64,000 bases of DNA from a virus (Duplodnaviria > Caudoviricetes). Below, piece by piece: positions 59,276 to 64,000 of this stretch (its first letter is position 1; every line of letters starts with the position of its first letter). The stretch spans positions 2,191 through 66,190 of IMG/VR virus record IMGVR_UViG_3300046690_000230; one strand, 5' to 3'. The notes beneath the pieces were generated by a model. That model was not told the origin of the DNA, did no database searches, and worked only from the letters and a program-made list of their open reading frames with translations. The translations under genes were made by a program, and so were the position numbers.

Positions 59276-59607
59276 CCCTCACGGCAATAACGAATGCCAA
59301 AACCTATGCATGGTCCGATTGGTTGATTGGAATTATGCGATCCTTTCTCAGTGGAGGGTCTGCCGCCTTGATTTCAGGCGGCGGCGGGGCCATTGCGGGA
59401 ATCACCGCCAAACAGCAGTACATCATGATGGGCAGTAGTTTTCTTGGAATGGGGATTTATCGTATAGGTGAGTTCCTGCAACTGCATGGAGCGCCAGACA
59501 AGATTCAGCAGACGTTGCAGGTGGCCGCCGAAGCTACCGACAAAGCCAAAGAAGCCATCTCTGTAGCCAAGACGCAGGTAGAAGAGACGAATCCTCCCAA
59601 GCCGTAA
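59272..59607 (+). CDS. membrane protein, holin-like
   Basis: Two hydrophobic segments near the lysis genes. Confidence 0.45.
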   Translation: MTLTAITNAKTYAWSDWLIGIMRSFLSGGSAALISGGGGAIAGITAKQQYIMMGSSFLGMGIYRIGEFLQLHGAPDKIQQTLQVAAEATDKAKEAISVAKTQVEETNPPKP

Positions 59608-59621
59608 CCTGGGTATGGTCT

Positions 59622-59915
59622 GTGAGCGATGCAAGGATACTGAACGAAGATACTCCCGAAGGAAGGCTTGCCGCTGTCGCGGTGCTTGTCGCTACTAAAT
59701 TTGAAGACCGCTACAACCAAACAGGACAGGGACCAAGAAGACCCGACGTTGCCGATTTAAGAGAAGTCCTCCGTCCTTACGTTCAGGAGATAGAACTCCG
59801 CGCCAGACTGGATGAGTTTGAAAAGGCTACCGGAGGCAAGGTTGCACGGCGGTCTGAACTGGTCAGAATGCTTTATGTATGCCAGTTGCAGATGCCCGTA
59901 GCTCACCGCTTATGA
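59622..59915 (+). CDS. hypothetical protein
   Basis: ORF with ATGA overlap. Confidence 0.5.
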   Translation: MSDARILNEDTPEGRLAAVAVLVATKFEDRYNQTGQGPRRPDVADLREVLRPYVQEIELRARLDEFEKATGGKVARRSELVRMLYVCQLQMPVAHRL

Positions 59916-60124
59916 GCGCTGAATGGGTAGGCGCTCTTACCTTCGTGGTGGGGGTTATCTTTGCTGCCGGCATCCTGCGCTCTGAAGTGAAACAACTCCG
60001 CACTGACTTGAACGGCATCGGCAAGAAAGCCCGTAAGCTGCATACGGTTCAAATGGTGATTATCGCGCAGACCGATGATCGTATTGAGCGGTTCAAGCTG
60101 GTCAGTCTGTTTAAGGAAGATTAG
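59912..60124 (+). CDS. single-TM plus coiled-coil protein
   Basis: MSAEWVGALTFVVGVIFAAG. Confidence 0.55.
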   Translation: MSAEWVGALTFVVGVIFAAGILRSEVKQLRTDLNGIGKKARKLHTVQMVIIAQTDDRIERFKLVSLFKED

Positions 60125-60326
60125 CTTCAGGATAACGACGTGCGAACTCCGCTTCAGCCAGTGCCTTGTTCTCTTCTTCTGTGAGTCTTGGCTTGCTGAC
60201 TTCACGCAGGATGATTTCCATCACCTTGGCTCGCAGGCCGGCATCCTCTTTAATGTTCTCAGCCGCTTGCTTGCGGGCGTACTCGGTCACTGGCCCAAAC
60301 GCTGTTGGTATCTTAATTTCACTCAT
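60111..60326 (-). CDS. hypothetical protein
   Basis: ATGA overlap with the upstream gene. Confidence 0.55.
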   Translation of the reverse strand: MSEIKIPTAFGPVTEYARKQAAENIKEDAGLRAKVMEIILREVSKPRLTEEENKALAEAEFARRYPEANLP

Positions 60327-60658
60327 TGTTTCTTTGCTTCCTTTGCCGTGGGGTCAGAAAAAGTCAGTGAATTTGGATCGAAGGCTGTTTCCTTGGGCCA
60401 AGAGTTTTCTACCTTCACTTTTTCTCCCTCTTCCGTCAAGGCTTTGAGGCTTTCCTGGAATGACTTCTGCGTGCTCTGCATCTCGGCCTGAAGTGCGTCA
60501 AGGCGCTGTTTAAGGAGAAGCGCGTCCTTCTGCTTATTCTGCAAGCGCAGCGTCTGGACCTCGCTCAACTTGAACTCTTTCGGCTTGTCCTGCTGCGCCA
60601 TAGCCCACGCTGTAGCCATAGCTACGAAAAATGATATAACCATGACCGCTGCTTTCAT
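60323..60658 (-). CDS. secreted coiled-coil protein
   Basis: Start MKAAVMV, signal peptide ending AMA-QQ. Confidence 0.6.
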   Translation of the reverse strand: MKAAVMVISFFVAMATAWAMAQQDKPKEFKLSEVQTLRLQNKQKDALLLKQRLDALQAEMQSTQKSFQESLKALTEEGEKVKVENSWPKETAFDPNSLTFSDPTAKEAKKQ

Positions 60659-60825
60659 TCCGTCTCCTTGAGCGCCCTCTCCATCTCTTTTTCCACTTCG
60701 ATGGGGTTGGCTTTCTTGTATTGCCAGTTGCGGTTGCGGCACATCGGGCATTGCACCGGATGGCTAGTGCGCGGCGTCCACTCATGCTCACACTTCTTGC
60801 ACTTGTACAGTGGAAGTTTAGGCAT
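60655..60825 (-). CDS. 56-aa zinc-ribbon protein, not in ORF track
   Basis: CKKCEHEWTPR...PVQCPMCRNRNW; same pattern as 11930..12490. Confidence 0.7.
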   Translation of the reverse strand: MPKLPLYKCKKCEHEWTPRTSHPVQCPMCRNRNWQYKKANPIEVEKEMERALKETE

Positions 60826-60830
60826 AAGTC

Positions 60831-60859
60831 TTTGTATCGTATGTTATGATGATAGTCAA
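60831..60859 (-). promoter_or_regulatory. putative sigma70-type promoter
   Basis: TTGACT-17 nt-TACAAA, 5 nt before ATG 60825. Confidence 0.45.
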
Positions 60860-61073
60860 GCAATTTCTTGTGGTCCTGTGTTACTCTTGCTGCCGAGAGG
60901 TGACCTATGGGGAGCGGAGCGCCCAACCCGAAAGGCAAGCAGATTCCAGAAGTAACGGTTACAGATAAAACAAATAATGATGGATGGGTGAATGTCGAAT
61001 TTTCGATGCCAACCGAAGATGCGGCATACTTTGAAGTCGGCAAAACCTACAAACTCGTTGCCATAGAGAAAGA

Positions 61074-61679
61074 GTGATTCAGCCGCTTTTGCTCGTGCTT
61101 GGCCTGATGTGGCTCATTACTTCGGAGCCGCCGTTTTACCTTTTGTACTACATCCTGACCGAAGGCGCGGTGACGTTCCTGCTCTATGGGACGCTCATCT
61201 TCCACGATGAAACGACTTACGAGTACGCCCATATCTGGGGATTGTGTACGCTGCTGCTAGCCTCGGCCTATGTGACTCTGGCGTGGTACTTCCTCACCAA
61301 GAATCCCAAGAAGACAATAGCGGTCGTTTGTGCTTTTCTCTTGAGTTTTGCCTGCGCTTTCCTTACCTACCGGCATTTGACTCGGCACAACCTAGCGGCG
61401 TGGCTGGGGCTTGGCGCGGGCACCATCCTCGCTGGAACGGGAGTCATCCTCTACGTCTCATCGTTTTATCATTCTCGCAAAGATAGGACGGTAGGTTTGG
61501 TACTAGGTCTTTTGTTTATCTCTCAAAGCGTGTGGAACCTTGGGTTTGTGCTTGGTTCCAGCTCCTGGTGGGACAGAGTGAACTACGTGATTCCAACCAT
61601 GCTCTGTCTGGCTGCGTGGGGCTATCTTGGTATGAGGCTAAGATCAAGTCCAAGTTCCAGTACGCATCTGCTGGGATAG
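61074..61679 (+). CDS. multi-pass membrane protein
   Basis: About 6-7 hydrophobic segments. Confidence 0.65.
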   Translation: MIQPLLLVLGLMWLITSEPPFYLLYYILTEGAVTFLLYGTLIFHDETTYEYAHIWGLCTLLLASAYVTLAWYFLTKNPKKTIAVVCAFLLSFACAFLTYRHLTRHNLAAWLGLGAGTILAGTGVILYVSSFYHSRKDRTVGLVLGLLFISQSVWNLGFVLGSSSWWDRVNYVIPTMLCLAAWGYLGMRLRSSPSSSTHLLG

Positions 61680-62048
61680 GCGTTGCGCTCGAGCACCGAC
61701 CTGCCGTGCCCACAGCGAATCCAGCATCTCTACCGCTGCCCCTTCGTAGTCGCCTGATTGAACTAGTGCCAGCATCCTTGGGAAAGCGGAGACGCTGCCC
61801 ATGTTGAATGTCATGTTGATGAGTACGCCTTGGCGCACGGGGTCGAGAGTGGAAAACCAGGGATAGAGGCGGTTCAGCTTTGCCGTCGCTACGTCTATGT
61901 CGTTCTTTAGAAGGAAGTTAATCTCAGCGTCGGACAAGCCCACATCGTCCAAGTTCCGGCCAACTCCAATGGTCAGCTTACCTACCGTGTCCTTGTAGGG
62001 CATCTTCCTGATGCCTTCGTCCCGTCGCAACTGTTCGATAATGTCCAT
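61644..62048 (-). CDS. endolysin, T4-like lysozyme
   Basis: RRDEG....YKDTVGKLTIGVGRNL; EMLDSLWARQVGARA. Confidence 0.92.
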   Translation of the reverse strand: MDIIEQLRRDEGIRKMPYKDTVGKLTIGVGRNLDDVGLSDAEINFLLKNDIDVATAKLNRLYPWFSTLDPVRQGVLINMTFNMGSVSAFPRMLALVQSGDYEGAAVEMLDSLWARQVGARAQRLSQQMRTGTWT

Positions 62049-62059
62049 TTAGCGCCAGG

Positions 62060-62350
62060 GAGAAACGAGGCTGTTATCCATCTCCGAGGATTTGCCTCGT
62101 TCCTCTCTATGGTGTAGCCGCCTTTCTGCGCTGTTCAAGAGTCACAGCGCTAAACTGAAGCTGCAGCGGACCTTTAGGGTCTATTCGCGTGGGTCAAATT
62201 TCTCCACCACTTGCCGGATATTCTCCGCGCATTCGCATAGAACTTTTAGGGGCGCAGCGCCCCGTAAGATTTTTAGGGCCGTGGTGCGGTCGCAGTTCCC
62301 GGAAGGAACAACGTCCACGACCCTGTTTTGGCCGTCAGGTTGTGGCCAAA
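62060..62350 (-). ncRNA. putative structured non-coding RNA
   Basis: At least five hairpins; two need G-U pairs that form only on the minus strand. Confidence 0.5.
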
Positions 62351-62354
62351 TCCT

Positions 62355-62470
62355 TAGAGGGGGCGGGATTTGAACCCGCGTGCGGCAAAAGGGACTCGCT
62401 CCTAGCGCTCATGCTGCTGCCCTTGCCGCTGTAGCTAGGTCACCGTTCAGCCATCCTCCGGCACCCCACC
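62355..62470 (-). ncRNA. tRNA-Ser-like RNA with expanded anticodon loop (atypical or pseudo-tRNA)
   Basis: GGTGGGGTGCCGGAG..TGGCTGAACGG D-arm, GCGGG-TTCAAAT-CCCGC T-arm, imperfect acceptor stem, no CCA. Confidence 0.6.
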
Positions 62471-62477
62471 AAGCTCG

Positions 62478-63017
62478 TTAAGCTACTTGGTCCAAAGTAA
62501 AGTCAGAAATCTGTGGCGGCGGTGCGGCTATGATCGGAATGACGAATTGGGCAGAAACCGCCGCGCCCGCCCCGTTCACACCGTCCACCTGCACCGTAAA
62601 TTGTGTAGCTGTATCCGTTGAAGCCACCGTGGCCACAAACTGATTGGGTGCCGGCGTTCCGACTGGGCCTAGTGTTACATTGGTATCGTCGGTAACCGTT
62701 ACGGTTGGACCAGTCTGCAGCGGCACACCATTCGGAGGTACAAACCCGATTTGAAATGTTCCGCTTCCACCTACTGTTACTCCTGTTATAGCCATAGGAA
62801 CTCCTTTTGAGAGCTGCGTAAGATTGAAACTGATGATTTGCGGAGGGGCCAGGGCTTTACAGATACAGGCTAGTTCCTGTTGGATGTACTTCAGCCAGTA
62901 GGTGTCGTTGCGGAGCTTGTGCAGCTCCTCGCGTATGCCTTTTAACTCCAGCGCAATGTTCTCAAGTTCCTGTTCGTGGTCGTAATCTGTTTTGCGTTCT
63001 TGTTTACGTCCAGGCAT
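62478..63017 (-). CDS. hypothetical protein, coiled coil plus beta domain, possible internal start at 62795
   Basis: ORF; in-frame SD AAAGGAG before MAITGV. Confidence 0.6.
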   Translation of the reverse strand: MPGRKQERKTDYDHEQELENIALELKGIREELHKLRNDTYWLKYIQQELACICKALAPPQIISFNLTQLSKGVPMAITGVTVGGSGTFQIGFVPPNGVPLQTGPTVTVTDDTNVTLGPVGTPAPNQFVATVASTDTATQFTVQVDGVNGAGAAVSAQFVIPIIAAPPPQISDFTLDQVA

Positions 63018-63231
63018 GAGAACCTCATCCTTACACTAGGCAGCATTTACAAGCAAGACCAAAATCACCCGCGCATGGAGTCCAAATTTGATTTTGAAAT
63101 AATATCCTGCTTGTGGGCGATGAGAGCATCGATAGCCGCTTGCACCGCTTGAATCACTTCCGCAGTAGCCTTGCCGCCTTTGAGGCCGCTGATGTACGGC
63201 AGAAGGAACTGTATTCCTAGCTCAATTAAGG

Positions 63232-63669
63232 TTAAATAAATTGTAGTCTCTCCCTTGTTTTTCGATTTGCTTCCCTTTTACATGTCCTGCAATAACGCCA
63301 TTTCCCTTCTCCAAAAACATGTGTATTCTCAACATCAAATGGATGGCCTTTGTGGCAGTGCGTCTTTTTCATCTGCCATTGTCGCCTCTTAGCATCTCTA
63401 TCCCTCATGTTATCTGCATTAGTACCTATGAACAGATGCTTAGGGTTAACACAGGCTGGAACATCACATTTGTGCAAGACATGCAATGAACTTTCCAAGT
63501 CAAATCCCAGAAACATATGGGCAAAGACTCGGTGAGCTAGTAAATCTTTCTTTTGCCATTTCACCGTGCCATAACCATCTGGAATTTTACCCGCCTTCCA
63601 AATCCAGCATCCTGAATCAGACAAGGAAACCTTGTCCATAAGAGAGCCTCTTTGGGAAAACTGGTTCAT
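63232..63669 (-). CDS. HNH homing endonuclease
   Basis: GCWIWK...GYG, AHRV, VLHKCDVPACVNPKHLFIGTNADN. Confidence 0.9.
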   Translation of the reverse strand: MNQFSQRGSLMDKVSLSDSGCWIWKAGKIPDGYGTVKWQKKDLLAHRVFAHMFLGFDLESSLHVLHKCDVPACVNPKHLFIGTNADNMRDRDAKRRQWQMKKTHCHKGHPFDVENTHVFGEGKWRYCRTCKREANRKTRERLQFI

Positions 63670-64000
63670 TTAAGTGCCGCCTTTAAGTCCGCAGAAATTT
63701 GATTGTAATTATTGATAGCGGCTTGAAGTTTGGCCGTGGCCTGCTCGGCTGCTGGAGTTCCTTTGGCTGGTGCTTGACAAGCCCCACCAGTCTCAAATTG
63801 TGGGCCAGAACAGTACACTTCCAATGCATTAATCAAGCTATCCTTGGCCGCTACTGCCTGTGCCAAATCATGGCAGATCGTGGTTTCTGGCGTGGTTGCA
63901 CATTCGGGGTGCAAGACTCGCTCTTTATCTAAGAACGCCTTTGAAGCGACAACTACGTTGTAGGCGTTGCGCTCCAGTGGAGTACATCCTGCAATCAACA
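63666..64000 (-). CDS. putative lipoprotein, 5'-truncated by the window edge
   Basis: Lipobox-like IAGC followed by a helical domain. Confidence 0.5.
   Translation of the reverse strand, partial: LIAGCTPLERNAYNVVVASKAFLDKERVLHPECATTPETTICHDLAQAVAAKDSLINALEVYCSGPQFETGGACQAPAKGTPAAEQATAKLQAAINNYNQISADLKAALK

Noticed and set aside
62355-62470. Functional decoding tRNA
   Set aside because: No 7-nt anticodon loop, mismatched acceptor stem and no CCA; reported as tRNA-like instead
1-64000. Integrase/att site, reverse transcriptase (DGR or retron), or stop-codon reassignment
   Set aside because: No such motifs seen; long genes read intact in the standard code with all three stops used. These could still lie outside the window

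Overview
The whole window is part of a tailed dsDNA bacteriophage genome with a podovirus/P22-like layout; no host genes, integrase or rRNA are visible and both ends run off the window. Positions 1-9200 hold leftward early/replication-recombination genes, a divergent promoter region lies at about 9200-10050, and rightward genes follow: terminase, portal, scaffold, capsid, adaptor, a glycosyl/methyltransferase cluster, nozzle, many fibre-like proteins and ejection proteins. A mostly leftward lysis region with structured non-coding RNAs closes the window. A PEP-CTERM-like protein and ASH/choice-of-anchor-D domains hint at an Acidobacteriota-like host (inference). The standout feature is at 299-1545: a solo RAMP/Cas7-like gene directly preceded by a 615-nt non-coding array of 113 in-register pentamers. 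On the transcribed strand these read GGY-NN (constant trinucleotide, variable dinucleotide), in two tracts split by a G-U-containing hairpin. There is no canonical CRISPR array or cas operon, so this looks like a phage-encoded RNA-guided system with a non-contiguous code (VIPR-like). All calls come from reading motifs by eye; no database searches were run.
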